IMG/VR virus record: IMGVR_UViG_3300031658_003389
Location: 1-57,323 of that record
Reading direction: 5' to 3' (one strand)
Length of the DNA stretch: 57,323 nt
Source of the DNA: a virus
Taxonomy: Duplodnaviria > Caudoviricetes
Shown here: positions 1-10,421 of the stretch, piece by piece
How the letters are laid out: each line of letters opens with the position of its first letter
How positions within the stretch are numbered: position 1 is the stretch's first letter
The notes under the pieces: generated by a model
Databases searched by the model: none
What the model was told of the DNA's origin: nothing
The model's input: the letters and a program-made list of their open reading frames with translations, nothing else
Made by a program: the position numbers and the translations under genes

Positions 1-762
1 ATTTTCGGAACGGCAATCCATGAAACGATTCAAGAGTTCCTAAAAGTTATGTATGGTACATCTAAGAAAGCAGCAATGGAGGTTAACACCGATAAATTGT
101 TAGCAGAATGGATGCGAAAGGAATATACAAAAGAAACCGAAAAGTTATCAGAGGGAACTATATGTTCTCAATTGGAATTAGAAGAGTTCTATGGTGATGG
201 TAGGAGAATCTTAGAATGGTTCAAAGCAAAGATAGATAAGTTTTACACAAAGACTGGATTTGAGTTAGTAGGTATAGAGATACCACTTAAAGCTAAAATA
301 AAACCAGGTGTGGAATTCATAGGTTTCATTGATGTGGTGATGAGGGATTTATCAGATAATTCAATCATTATTATAGATTTGAAAACATCTACAATGGGTT
401 GGAACAAATACGCTAAAGCTGATAAGTTTAAAAACGCTCAGATAGTTTTGTATAAGAAATATTATTCTGAACTATTCGATATCTCATTGGATAAGATAAA
501 AGTAGAATATCAGATTATGAGAAGAAAACTCTATGAAGATGCTCCATTCCCAATCCCATATATGTCAAAGCATATCCCAGCAAATGGTAAACCAACTGTA
601 AACAAAATATATACAGAGTTTAACAATTTTGTAAATGATGTATTTGATGATGAGGGTAAGTACCGAAATATCAATTACCCAAAGCAACCAGGTGATAGAC
701 AAAAGAATTGTAAATTTTGTGAATTTGGTAAGAGGGGATTATGTGATAAAAAATCATCGTAA
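1..762 (+). CDS. PD-(D/E)XK exonuclease, Cas4/RecB-like (5' partial)
   Basis: Frame is open from base 1 (IFGTAIHETIQ); motifs GFIDVV, IIDLKTS, Q..LY and C-terminal CKFCEF...C cluster. Confidence 0.85.
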   Translation: MFGTAIHETIQEFLKVMYGTSKKAAMEVNTDKLLAEWMRKEYTKETEKLSEGTICSQLELEEFYGDGRRILEWFKAKIDKFYTKTGFELVGIEIPLKAKIKPGVEFIGFIDVVMRDLSDNSIIIIDLKTSTMGWNKYAKADKFKNAQIVLYKKYYSELFDISLDKIKVEYQIMRRKLYEDAPFPIPYMSKHIPANGKPTVNKIYTEFNNFVNDVFDDEGKYRNINYPKQPGDRQKNCKFCEFGKRGLCDKKSS

Positions 763-808
763 AATAAAATATCTATATACTTATATATATGAAACAAATA
801 CATATATT

Positions 809-1006
809 ATGAGTGTAGAAACAAAATTAACTACTGTAAAAATAATTAAAGGAGTATATTCAACGTTTAAACAAGTATCGTTTGAATCGGATGTAACACT
901 TCAGAAATTAGTAAATAGAACAGTGGAACGGTATGTGACCGATGAAGATTTCAGAAATGAAATGAATGAGTACTTAAAACTACAAATCAGCGGGTCACAA
1001 TTTTAA
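809..1006 (+). CDS. Small putative ribbon-helix-helix DNA-binding protein
   Basis: Likely start ATG 809 (MSVETKLTTVKI), after the upstream stop and an AT-rich motif; beta-strand plus two helices pattern. Confidence 0.5.
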   Translation: MSVETKLTTVKIIKGVYSTFKQVSFESDVTLQKLVNRTVERYVTDEDFRNEMNEYLKLQISGSQF

Positions 1007-1031
1007 ATTAAACAGGTTATATTAATAAGTT

Positions 1032-2423
1032 ATGAGTAAAAAGAAGAAGATTCTATTACTATCCGATGATTTAAGGATGGCAAGTGGTATCGCTACCATG
1101 TCTAAGGCAATGGTAATGGGTACTGTTGATAAATATGATTGGTTCCAAGTAGGTGCAGCAATTGAACACCCTGAAAAGGGAAAGATATTGGATGTATCAT
1201 TGGATATACAAAAAAGAACTGGTGTAGTTGATGCTAGTGTTAAAATACTTCCTTGGAGTGGGTATGGTGACCAAGGTTTAATTAGACAACTAATCAATTC
1301 GGAACAACCTGATGCTATCTTACACTTTACCGACCCACGTTATTGGACTTGGTTATATGATATGGAGCATGAGGTAAGACAAAATATCCCAATCTTATTC
1401 TACGCAATTTGGGATGATTTACCAGACCCGTTATACAATAGAAATTACTATGAAAGTTGTGATTGGATTGGTTGTATTTCTCGTCAAACTTATGGTATCG
1501 TAAGTAGATTAACTTCTCGTACTGATAAACCAACGTGGAGACCCCACAAAGATTGGCAAGTATCATATGTACCACATGGTATCAAATCAACCGAATACTT
1601 CCCAACTGAAGTACCAACTGAATTCCGTTCAGAGGTATTAGGTGGAAACGAATACGACTTTGTATTCTTTTGGTCAAATCGTAACATCCGTAGAAAACAA
1701 CCATCTGATGTGATAATGGCATTTAAAGATTTTTGTGATAGAATCGGTGAAGATAAAGCTAAGAAAGTGGCTTTACTAATGCACACTCAACCTGTTGATA
1801 ATAATGGAACTGATTTACATTCAGTACATAAAACATTAGCACCCGATTGTAACGTAATATTCTCAGATAAACGAAGAACAACGGAGGAGTTAAATCTTCT
1901 ATATAATATCGGAGATGTAACAATTAATATTGCAGGTAATGAAGGATTCGGTTTAACAACCGCAGAATCGGTAATGGCTGGAACTCCAATCATTGTTAAC
2001 GTAACTGGTGGATTGCAAGACCAATGTGGTTTTAGATACAAAGAAACTGGTGAGTTGGTTACTTCAGAAGATTATAAAGAATTAGGTTCTTTACATAAGT
2101 GGAGAGACTGGGAAGATAAATTAGATAGTGGTGTGTGGGCTAGACCTGTATGGAGTAGAGCACAAACTATGGCTGGTTCAGTACCAACTCCTTACATTTG
2201 GGATGATAAAGTAGATGTATATGATGTAGCAACTGCTATGGAAGAGATGTACAACACTCCTAAAGAAGAACTTACAGCAAACGGACAAGTTGGAAGGGAT
2301 TCATTTATTGGTGAATCTGGATTAAGTGTGGAGAATATGTGTGGTACATTAGTAGAGGGTATCGAAGGTACTTTTGAAAATTGGAAACCACGTAAACGAT
2401 TCGAATTATTTAAAATAAATTAA
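1032..2423 (+). CDS. Glycosyltransferase, GT4/GT-B
   Basis: N-terminal ILLLSDD...SGIA, PHGI, RNIRRKQ, EGFGLTTAESVMAGTPII (EX7E). Confidence 0.9.
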   Translation: MSKKKKILLLSDDLRMASGIATMSKAMVMGTVDKYDWFQVGAAIEHPEKGKILDVSLDIQKRTGVVDASVKILPWSGYGDQGLIRQLINSEQPDAILHFTDPRYWTWLYDMEHEVRQNIPILFYAIWDDLPDPLYNRNYYESCDWIGCISRQTYGIVSRLTSRTDKPTWRPHKDWQVSYVPHGIKSTEYFPTEVPTEFRSEVLGGNEYDFVFFWSNRNIRRKQPSDVIMAFKDFCDRIGEDKAKKVALLMHTQPVDNNGTDLHSVHKTLAPDCNVIFSDKRRTTEELNLLYNIGDVTINIAGNEGFGLTTAESVMAGTPIIVNVTGGLQDQCGFRYKETGELVTSEDYKELGSLHKWRDWEDKLDSGVWARPVWSRAQTMAGSVPTPYIWDDKVDVYDVATAMEEMYNTPKEELTANGQVGRDSFIGESGLSVENMCGTLVEGIEGTFENWKPRKRFELFKIN

Positions 2424-2424
2424 T

Positions 2425-2781
2425 ATGGCTTTAGATACAACACACACATTAGCAGTAAACAACAAATACTTTGATAGATTCCAAAATAAGGATTTAAATT
2501 ACTTAGCTAGATTATACTCAAATGATATAAAGTTAACCGATTGGAATGGTGAATGGACTAACCCTAATGATGTATTGGAAGTTAATGAAGCATTCTTTGA
2601 AAATGAGTTCACACTTACAGTGGTAAGTACAACTGAATTCTATGCAGAGGGAGCATCAAATCCAATAGGATATTCAAATGTTATAACTCTTGAAATTGGC
2701 GGGGAAACTCTCAACATAGTAGATGAACTTGTATTTGATGATAACTACAAAATAATATCAATTTACGCAACACAACAATAA
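2425..2781 (+). CDS. SnoaL/NTF2-like protein
   Basis: YFDRFQNKDL..LARLYSNDIKL-DW and C-terminal VDELVFDDNYKIISIYA pattern. Confidence 0.65.
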   Translation: MALDTTHTLAVNNKYFDRFQNKDLNYLARLYSNDIKLTDWNGEWTNPNDVLEVNEAFFENEFTLTVVSTTEFYAEGASNPIGYSNVITLEIGGETLNIVDELVFDDNYKIISIYATQQ

Positions 2782-2792
2782 AATAAAAAGTT

Positions 2793-4091
2793 ATGAATAA
2801 ACCATTATTAGTATATCAGGCGCCGGTATTTACTCGAAGTGGGTATGGTGACCACGCAAGGGATATCCTTAGAAGCTTATTTAAAATGAATAAGTATGAT
2901 GTAAAAATTGTACCAACTAGATGGGGTAATACTCCACAAAATCAAATTAAACCCGATTCCGAATTCGGTAATAAAGTTTTCGCTAACATAATCACTAAGT
3001 TGGAGAAAAAGCCAGATATCTTTATGCAGATGTCTGTTGCAAATGAATTCGAACCAAAGGGTAACTATAACATTGGTATAACTGCTGGTGTAGAAACTAC
3101 GGTCATTCCAAAAGAATTTATAGATGGTTCCAATAAAATGGATTTGATAATTGTACCATCTACATTCACAAAAAATGTAATGTTACAAACCGCATATCAA
3201 GAAAAAAATACTCAAACAGGTCAAATTGTAAGTGAATATAGAATTACAAAGCCTGTTGAGGTTTTATTTGAAGGAGTGGATTTAGAAAGATACTTACCAA
3301 CGGATTCTAAGGTAGATATTTTAGATGGTGTATTGGAAACTGATTTTAATTTTCTATATGTAGGGCATTGGTTAAAAGGTTCTATTGGACAAGATAGAAA
3401 AGATGTTGGAATGGTAATTAAAACATTCGCTACTGTTTTCAAATATCTACCTAAAGATAAAAGACCAGGTTTAATTCTAAAAACATCACACGCTGGATTC
3501 TCTGTTATTGATAGAGAGAACACTAGACAGAAGATTGATGATATCATCAATTTATTTGGTGGTGATTTACCAAAGATTTATTTATTACATGGGGATTTGG
3601 AGGATTCGGAAATGAGTGAACTTTATAATCATCCTAAAGTAAATGCAATGGTATCATTTACTAAAGGTGAAGGATATGGTAGACCTTTAGCAGAGTTTGC
3701 ATTAACTGGTAAACCGATTATGGTTAGTGGTTGGAGTGGACACGTTGATTTCTTACCAAAAGAACACACTGTTTTCTTAGAAGGTGAATTAACAAATGTA
3801 CATGAATCTGCAGCTGATAAGTTCTTACTTAAAGAGGCTAAATGGTTTAGTGTAAATTACACAGATGCAGCTAATAAGATGTATAAAGTGTTCAATGAGT
3901 ATGATACATACCTAAAGCAATCAGCTGGGTTAAAAACAAACATAGAAACAAACTTTAGTTTAAGTAAAATGGATGAAGTATTTGATGGGATGATGAGTAA
4001 ATATGTGAAAGCAATTCCACAACAAAAACCATTCAACTTACCTAAGTTAAACAAAAACAAAATGCAATTACCAAAATTAAATAAAGTATAA
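2793..4091 (+). CDS. Glycosyltransferase, GT4/GT-B
   Basis: SGYG, DRKDV, GEGYGRPLAEFALTGKPI motifs. Confidence 0.9.
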   Translation: MNKPLLVYQAPVFTRSGYGDHARDILRSLFKMNKYDVKIVPTRWGNTPQNQIKPDSEFGNKVFANIITKLEKKPDIFMQMSVANEFEPKGNYNIGITAGVETTVIPKEFIDGSNKMDLIIVPSTFTKNVMLQTAYQEKNTQTGQIVSEYRITKPVEVLFEGVDLERYLPTDSKVDILDGVLETDFNFLYVGHWLKGSIGQDRKDVGMVIKTFATVFKYLPKDKRPGLILKTSHAGFSVIDRENTRQKIDDIINLFGGDLPKIYLLHGDLEDSEMSELYNHPKVNAMVSFTKGEGYGRPLAEFALTGKPIMVSGWSGHVDFLPKEHTVFLEGELTNVHESAADKFLLKEAKWFSVNYTDAANKMYKVFNEYDTYLKQSAGLKTNIETNFSLSKMDEVFDGMMSKYVKAIPQQKPFNLPKLNKNKMQLPKLNKV

Positions 4092-4573
4092 TGAATTACG
4101 CACCAAAATATAGAGGTTTGATGGATTCTGGAACTAGAGTTTCTAAAGGAAAGATTAAACCTTATGGAATTTATAAGATTTCAACATACAAATATGTTGA
4201 TACTGGGAGAACTACATTAAAAGGCGCTGATGAAACATTGATATTCGTTACAGGTATATATGAAGGTAAAGTATCAGCATTAAAACTATCAAATATAGAA
4301 CCAACAAAGTTTTTAAATTGGTTTAAGGATTTGGCAAAAAAAGGTGGAAACGATGATTCTGATATATTGAATAGTGAGCAAGTTAAGATAGGTCTATACG
4401 AATTGGCAACTCCAATGGATAAGGGTGGTAATAAGGTATATGATTCATATATAAAAAACAAACCTAACTTTGTTGCTAAAGGAGCAGCATATCGAACTTA
4501 TAAGATATCTGGTATCCAACATGCTACTGAATTTACATTAAAGAAACCAACATTAAAACAATACTATGATTAA
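4091..4573 (+). CDS. Hypothetical basic protein (weak resemblance to T4 gp2-like DNA end protectors)
   Basis: Translationally coupled ORF; family resemblance is tentative. Confidence 0.5.
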   Translation: MNYAPKYRGLMDSGTRVSKGKIKPYGIYKISTYKYVDTGRTTLKGADETLIFVTGIYEGKVSALKLSNIEPTKFLNWFKDLAKKGGNDDSDILNSEQVKIGLYELATPMDKGGNKVYDSYIKNKPNFVAKGAAYRTYKISGIQHATEFTLKKPTLKQYYD

Positions 4574-5195
4574 CATCACATATGCAATCACAGTTTGTAA
4601 TGAACTAACTGAGATTACAAAATTAGTTAACTTCCTACATCCCAGAGTACAATCTGATGATGAGATTCTCATACAATATGATACTGATGGTGCAACAAAA
4701 GAAGTTATTGATTATTTGAGAATTATTCAACAACTACATTCAAATGTAAATGTGATTGATTTCCCACTTAATAAAGATTTTGCATCATTTAAAAATAATA
4801 TAAAGAATCATGCTAAAGGTATCTTCATTTTTCAAATAGATGCAGATGAAATCCCACATGAGTATTTGGTGGCAAATATGCATGATTTAATAGAAGCTAA
4901 TTTAGATATTGATTTATTCTTTGTACCTAGAGTTAATACAGTTGAAGGTTTAACCGATGAACATATTAAAAAGTGGGGATGGAATGTAAATAACGAAGGT
5001 TGGGTAAATTGGCCTGATTTACAAACTAGAATATATAGAAGAACATCTACAATAGAATGGGAAGGTAAAGTACATGAGAGAATTAAAGGTTACAATACGT
5101 TAACTATTCTACCATTGGAAGAGCCATTCGCAATCTATCATCCAAAGGAGATTGAAAGACAGGAAAAACAAAACGCATTATACGATACGATATGA
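4566..5195 (+). CDS. Glycosyltransferase, GT2/GT-A
   Basis: ITVCNE, IDADE (DxD), WPDLQTRIYR, VHE motifs. Confidence 0.9.
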   Translation: MINITYAITVCNELTEITKLVNFLHPRVQSDDEILIQYDTDGATKEVIDYLRIIQQLHSNVNVIDFPLNKDFASFKNNIKNHAKGIFIFQIDADEIPHEYLVANMHDLIEANLDIDLFFVPRVNTVEGLTDEHIKKWGWNVNNEGWVNWPDLQTRIYRRTSTIEWEGKVHERIKGYNTLTILPLEEPFAIYHPKEIERQEKQNALYDTI

Positions 5196-6172
5196 AAGTA
5201 GCATTTCTAACCGAAATGGGATTTAATGGGTTGGTACCAAATAACCATCCTAACGCACGCACAGAGTTTGCATGGATGAACGAATTAAAAGCAGTTCATT
5301 ATCCATTAGCTAAATACCAATCAGTTAGTAACTATGATGTTGTATTTATTATATTCCCAAAAGGTAAGTTATTCTTATCTGCTGAAGGTTCAAAGATTAT
5401 AGATGGGATTAACCCAGCTTCACATTATCTAAATGAACCATTAGTTGATACTTTAAAGGAAACTAACAAAAAGGTATATTACATACAAGAAGGACCACAT
5501 TGGTGGTGGAATGATTATGAAGTTGTAGACCAAATTAGGTTCTACAACTTTTTGGGTAGTACCGATGGTATCTTTGCCCACAATGATAGTGATGTTAATT
5601 ACTACAAAGGTTTATTCCCATCTAAGAAGGTTGAGTTTATTCGTTCTTTAATGATAGAGGAATTGATAAAAGATATTACACCAATAACCGAAGATAAGGT
5701 TTTGATTGGTGGTAACTTTGCAAGATGGTATGGTGGATTTGAATCATATATGGTAGCATCTGAATTTGATGTACCGATATGGGGACAAGATTCGCATGCT
5801 AAACGAATCAATGAAGGGGCATTGGATAATATTAATCATTTCCCACGTATGAGTTGGATAGATTGGATGAAAGAAGTATCTAAGTTTAAGTATGGTGTAC
5901 ATTTGATGCCAACTGTTGCTGCTGGTACATTCTCTCTTAATTGTGGATACTTTGGAATACCTGTAATTGGTAATGAGAAGGTTGATACACAACGCCTAAT
6001 ACATTCATTTACATCAGTTGATGTTGGTAATGTAAAGAGGGCTAGGGAGTTAGCAATTCAACTTAAAGAGGATACTGAGTTCTATCAATTATGTAGTAAC
6101 ACAGCTAAAGAGAATTATAAAAAGTATTATACCAACAAAGTTTGGTTAAACGAAACAAAAAAGAAGTTATGA
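5192..6172 (+). CDS. Putative GT-B glycosyltransferase
   Basis: MKVAFL start; C-terminal AAGTFSLNCGYFGIPVIG resembles the GT-B nucleotide-binding segment; operon context. Confidence 0.6.
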   Translation: MKVAFLTEMGFNGLVPNNHPNARTEFAWMNELKAVHYPLAKYQSVSNYDVVFIIFPKGKLFLSAEGSKIIDGINPASHYLNEPLVDTLKETNKKVYYIQEGPHWWWNDYEVVDQIRFYNFLGSTDGIFAHNDSDVNYYKGLFPSKKVEFIRSLMIEELIKDITPITEDKVLIGGNFARWYGGFESYMVASEFDVPIWGQDSHAKRINEGALDNINHFPRMSWIDWMKEVSKFKYGVHLMPTVAAGTFSLNCGYFGIPVIGNEKVDTQRLIHSFTSVDVGNVKRARELAIQLKEDTEFYQLCSNTAKENYKKYYTNKVWLNETKKKL

Positions 6173-6939
6173 TAACAGTTATTTTAAATGGTTATAAAAG
6201 AGGAGATAACCTCAACGAACAATTGGAAGCATTGAAGAATCAAACAGTTAAACCTGATGAGATTCTATTGTGGTACAATAATCCGGGTGATAATGATTTA
6301 TTAAATTACGATATAGGTTCAGAGATACCAGTTGCATATTGTAACTATAACTTTGGAGTATGGGCAAGATTCTATTTTGCAATGAATGCTAGAAACCCAT
6401 ATGTTTGTGTATTTGATGATGATACAATACCGGGTGAACGATGGTTGGAGAATTGTATGGAAACAATGAAAACTAATGAAGGTTTGTTAGGTTCAGTTGG
6501 TTTACTTTATCCAAATCCATTACCACCACAAAATTCATCTTACTATGAACATTACCTTAGATTCGGATGGCCTGATACTGGTAACAACGATAGGACAGTT
6601 CAAGTTGATTTAGTTGGACATAGTTGGTTCTTTAAGAAGGAATGGTTATCTCATATGGTAAGAGAATTGCCAGACCCTAAGTATAACACTTGTGGTGAGG
6701 ATATGCACTTTTCTTACATGTTACAAAAATACGCAGGTATTCCAACATTCGTACCACCACATCCAAAATCAGATAAATCATTATGGGGAAGTATTAAAGG
6801 TGCTGAGTATGGTGGAGATGAGAACTCATTATGGGAATCAAATCAAGCTAGTGTAGAAGGAACACCATTTAAACAATTAATGAATCAATATTTTCACGAA
6901 CAAAGAAAGAAAGGATGGAGGTTAGTAAATGAAAAATAA
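6169..6939 (+). CDS. Glycosyltransferase, GT-A
   Basis: Start ATG 6169 (ATGA overlap); ITVILNGYKR, VFDDD, GEDMHFSY. Confidence 0.8.
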   Translation: MITVILNGYKRGDNLNEQLEALKNQTVKPDEILLWYNNPGDNDLLNYDIGSEIPVAYCNYNFGVWARFYFAMNARNPYVCVFDDDTIPGERWLENCMETMKTNEGLLGSVGLLYPNPLPPQNSSYYEHYLRFGWPDTGNNDRTVQVDLVGHSWFFKKEWLSHMVRELPDPKYNTCGEDMHFSYMLQKYAGIPTFVPPHPKSDKSLWGSIKGAEYGGDENSLWESNQASVEGTPFKQLMNQYFHEQRKKGWRLVNEK

Positions 6940-7930
6940 TCCAATATTATTATGTTTTGGGACAAGACCCGAATGGTTGAAAATTAAACCATTAATAAAA
7001 CTTATGGATAGGAGTGAGTATAAACTTTTATTTACTGGACAGCATATTGATTTGTTGAAAGATGTAGAGGTTGATTATAAAATTACCATATCGGAAAACG
7101 CCAATAGGTTAGATTCAATCATATCAGATTGTATGTTACAATTTCCAAATGGGGATTTTAGAGGAGTGTTAGTTCAAGGTGATACTGGTTCAGCATTCGG
7201 ATGTTCATTAGCTGCATTTAATCGTAAGTTACGAATCTATTATTTGGAAGCTGGTTTACGAAGTGGAAACTTACAACATCCATATCCAGAAGAAGGATAT
7301 AGACAGATGATAGCTAGAATAGCTGATGTGAACTTTGCACCAACTGAATTATCATCTGATAATCTAAAAGGTGAAAAAGTACATGGTGAAACATTTGTAG
7401 TAGGTAATTCAGTATTGGATAACTTAACTGATTTAGGTGATTGTACAACTGAAAATCTTATATTAGTAACATTACATCGTAGAGAAAATCTACATTGGAT
7501 GAGTGAATGGTTTACTGAAATTGAAAAGTTGGCAGTATCCAATCCACAATTTAAATTTGTGTTACCAATACATCCAAATCCAAAAATAAGAGAACATAGA
7601 CCGTTGCTACGCAATGTGACAGTTGTTGAACCAATGGAGCATGAGTATCTAATCAACACATTACGTAAATCAGTATTAGTAATATCTGATAGTGGTGGAT
7701 TACAAGAAGAGGGGACATTTTTTAATAAGAAGGTAATAGTTTGTAGAAAAACAACGGAAAGACCTGAAGGTATAGATACAGGTCATTTGCATATGTGTGA
7801 AACACCAAAAGATTTAAGTGATTTATTTGGTAAACTCATAAAAAATCCGTATATTAGAACATCATGTCCATATGGAGATGGTTACACATCTGAAAAAGTA
7901 TTAGATATATTAAGAAATGAAGAACTTTAG
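6929..7930 (+). CDS. wecB: UDP-N-acetylglucosamine 2-epimerase (non-hydrolysing)
   Basis: FGTRPE, TGQH, VQGDT, EAGLRS, PEE, TLHRREN, DSGGLQEE, TERPE, PYGDG. Confidence 0.95.
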   Translation: MKNNPILLCFGTRPEWLKIKPLIKLMDRSEYKLLFTGQHIDLLKDVEVDYKITISENANRLDSIISDCMLQFPNGDFRGVLVQGDTGSAFGCSLAAFNRKLRIYYLEAGLRSGNLQHPYPEEGYRQMIARIADVNFAPTELSSDNLKGEKVHGETFVVGNSVLDNLTDLGDCTTENLILVTLHRRENLHWMSEWFTEIEKLAVSNPQFKFVLPIHPNPKIREHRPLLRNVTVVEPMEHEYLINTLRKSVLVISDSGGLQEEGTFFNKKVIVCRKTTERPEGIDTGHLHMCETPKDLSDLFGKLIKNPYIRTSCPYGDGYTSEKVLDILRNEEL

Positions 7931-8693
7931 AGAACACTTTGTAAAATTCAGAACTAAGTTAGAGGAGCAAGAACACTTTGCATTCTCTAGATATTCTGAT
8001 GGGGAAATGTACATCTTACAAAACAAAGAATTGGTTTTAGGTAATGGTGTAATACAAATAGGAGATGAAAAGCAGGGTGGTGTATATCAACAACCTGATT
8101 TCAAACACTTTGACCCAAATGAACATGGGTTCTATCAACAAAAGTTAGTTGAATCATTACAATACAAACAACACAATTATTTCAAAGGAATCAGTTGTAG
8201 TTGTTGTGTAGGTAAAGATGCATTTGATTGGCAAGTTGATTTAGCTGGTGGAGATGATGATTCATTAACTTGGGCAAACCTATGGGTTAATGGAAACTAT
8301 CCAATATTCATCACACATATACTACCTATATTTTATAGTAGAGATTGTGTATTTATTGGACATGAGGATGCTAACTTAGAAAGGTTACCATTCATCAAAA
8401 AAGATTTTAGAGTAGGTTATAACGCAATGATAAACGATTATGGAAAAATTGAAGAAATTAAACAATGGATTGGAGATAACAATATCACAAATCACGTATT
8501 CCTTTTCTCAGCTTCTACTTTCACCAACTTGGCAATTGTGGAGTTGTTCAGAGATTATCCCAATAATACTTATATTGATATTGGGACTTGCTTAACGCCA
8601 ATGATGGATATGCCAACACATAGGGGATATCTACAAGCATTTTGGAGTTACAAAGGTGGACAGGATATTCAAAAGATATGCAAATGGAATTAG
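7917..8693 (+). CDS. GT-D fold-like glycosyltransferase
   Basis: FSRYSDGE near the N-terminus and IDIG near the C-terminus. Confidence 0.6.
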   Translation: MKNFREHFVKFRTKLEEQEHFAFSRYSDGEMYILQNKELVLGNGVIQIGDEKQGGVYQQPDFKHFDPNEHGFYQQKLVESLQYKQHNYFKGISCSCCVGKDAFDWQVDLAGGDDDSLTWANLWVNGNYPIFITHILPIFYSRDCVFIGHEDANLERLPFIKKDFRVGYNAMINDYGKIEEIKQWIGDNNITNHVFLFSASTFTNLAIVELFRDYPNNTYIDIGTCLTPMMDMPTHRGYLQAFWSYKGGQDIQKICKWN

Positions 8694-9067
8694 TAAAATG
8701 TACAAAGGAATATTGGGAGTTTGTAAGAACTCTCAGAAACGATGAAAGAGTTATAAGTGGGTTCATAAAATCAGTACACATTACTGAGGAAATGCAAACC
8801 AATTATATGAAAGGTAATTCACACTACTATCGAATTGGTTTACTCAATGGTGAACCCGCTGGTTACGTTGGAGTTATTGAAGATGATATCAGAGTATGTA
8901 CTCATCCTGATTATCAAGGTAAAGGAATTGGTAAGTTTATGATTAATGAAATTATGAATGAAGAACCAACCGCATTTGCAAAAGTAAAAATGGATAATGA
9001 AGCTAGTATCAAATTATTTGAAGCTTGTGGATTTACAAAGAAATTTTATATATTAACAAAAGATTAA
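8684..9067 (+). CDS. GNAT N-acetyltransferase (PseH-like)
   Basis: Start ATG 8684; HPDYQGKGIG acetyl-CoA motif, NEASIKLFEACGF. Confidence 0.85.
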   Translation: MELVKCTKEYWEFVRTLRNDERVISGFIKSVHITEEMQTNYMKGNSHYYRIGLLNGEPAGYVGVIEDDIRVCTHPDYQGKGIGKFMINEIMNEEPTAFAKVKMDNEASIKLFEACGFTKKFYILTKD

Positions 9068-9069
9068 AT

Positions 9070-9696
9070 ATGTTACACAACCCATACAAAATAGTAAGAA
9101 TGTTTGAAGAGGAGATAGCTCATTATACTGGAGCACCTTATGCTATCTCAGTAGATAGTTGTACAAACGCATTATTTTTAGCTTGTAAGTATTTGGAAGT
9201 AACGGAAGTTACAATTCCATCACAAACTTACTTATCAGTACCACAATCAATCACACACGCTGGTGGTGAGGTTATCTTTGATAAGAGAGCAGAAGCAAAT
9301 CATTGGAAAGGTATGTATCAATTAAAACCATATCCTATTTGGGATGCGGCTAAGAGATTGACATCTGATATGTATGTACCTGGTCAATTTATGACTTTAT
9401 CATTTCATATTAAAAAACTACTTCCTATTTGGAAAGGTGGTATGATTCTAACCGATGATGCTGAAGCAGCAGATTGGTTTAAGAAAGCAAGATATGAAGG
9501 AAGAAGTGAAAAGTACTATAAGGATGATGATATTACATTTCATGGTTGGAATATGTATATGACTCCACAACAAGCTGCACATGGATTATCTATGTTTCAA
9601 AACTACCCAGAAAGTATGAGTGATTTAGGTGAAGATAATGGTTATAGAGATTTAACCGAATTCACTATATTCAAAGATACTAAAACAATACAATAA
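9070..9696 (+). CDS. DegT/DnrJ/EryC1/StrS sugar aminotransferase (short form)
   Basis: Start ATG 9070; SCTNALFLA, DAA, SFHIKK (PLP lysine), GGMILTDD. Confidence 0.85.
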   Translation: MLHNPYKIVRMFEEEIAHYTGAPYAISVDSCTNALFLACKYLEVTEVTIPSQTYLSVPQSITHAGGEVIFDKRAEANHWKGMYQLKPYPIWDAAKRLTSDMYVPGQFMTLSFHIKKLLPIWKGGMILTDDAEAADWFKKARYEGRSEKYYKDDDITFHGWNMYMTPQQAAHGLSMFQNYPESMSDLGEDNGYRDLTEFTIFKDTKTIQ

Positions 9697-10421
9697 TGAA
9701 AGCAGCTTTATGTTTACATGGGTTATTTGATTCTTCGGTGGATATCAGTTCTACTGGAATGGATGGGTATAATCACATCAAAAAGAATATCATAGATGTC
9801 ATTGATACTGATGTATTTGTACATAGTTGGGAAACTGAAAATATGAACACTATAAATAAATTGTACAATCCCAAATTATCTATATTTGAGGGGCAGAAAG
9901 ATTTTAGTAGTATTATTAGTACCAATGGATTAAATACATTAACATCACCTCCCAGAGCACCACAATCAGTTTTATCACATCTTTATAGTGTAACTGAATC
10001 TATGAAATTAGCATTCCAAACGGATACTAAATATGATGTTATAATTAAAGCAAGATTTGATTTAGGTAGGATTAATAGAAATACATCTGGACCAGGTTTC
10101 ACTAACCCATATCCAGTTCAATGTATTAATTTTAAAAGTAATATTGAAGATGATAAAATTTATATGGCAGATTGGCAATACTTTCATATGGGACCTGCTG
10201 ATATGTGGTTTTATGGTTCATCTGATGTGATGAAACACTTTACAACTTTATATAAATCATTGGAAGATAATATGAAGCTTGGTGGTGATTTTCATAAATT
10301 TGCATATAATATAGAAAAAAATCCAAACGATTTATCTAATTCAATTGCCTTTTACAAATGGTGGATGATGGAAAACGAACTTTGGGATAAACGAATAAAT
10401 TTAAATACAATATGGGAATAA
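9696..10421 (+). CDS. Glycan-associated protein, K-A-L-C-x-x-G family
   Basis: MKAALCLHG, DVFVHSW, YDVIIKARFD, DMWFYG; paralogous to the C-terminal half of 29996..31513. Confidence 0.6.
   Translation: MKAALCLHGLFDSSVDISSTGMDGYNHIKKNIIDVIDTDVFVHSWETENMNTINKLYNPKLSIFEGQKDFSSIISTNGLNTLTSPPRAPQSVLSHLYSVTESMKLAFQTDTKYDVIIKARFDLGRINRNTSGPGFTNPYPVQCINFKSNIEDDKIYMADWQYFHMGPADMWFYGSSDVMKHFTTLYKSLEDNMKLGGDFHKFAYNIEKNPNDLSNSIAFYKWWMMENELWDKRINLNTIWE

Noticed and set aside
1-762. Cas4-like nuclease as evidence of a CRISPR-Cas system
   Set aside because: No other cas gene and no repeat-spacer array; stand-alone Cas4-like nucleases are common in phages.
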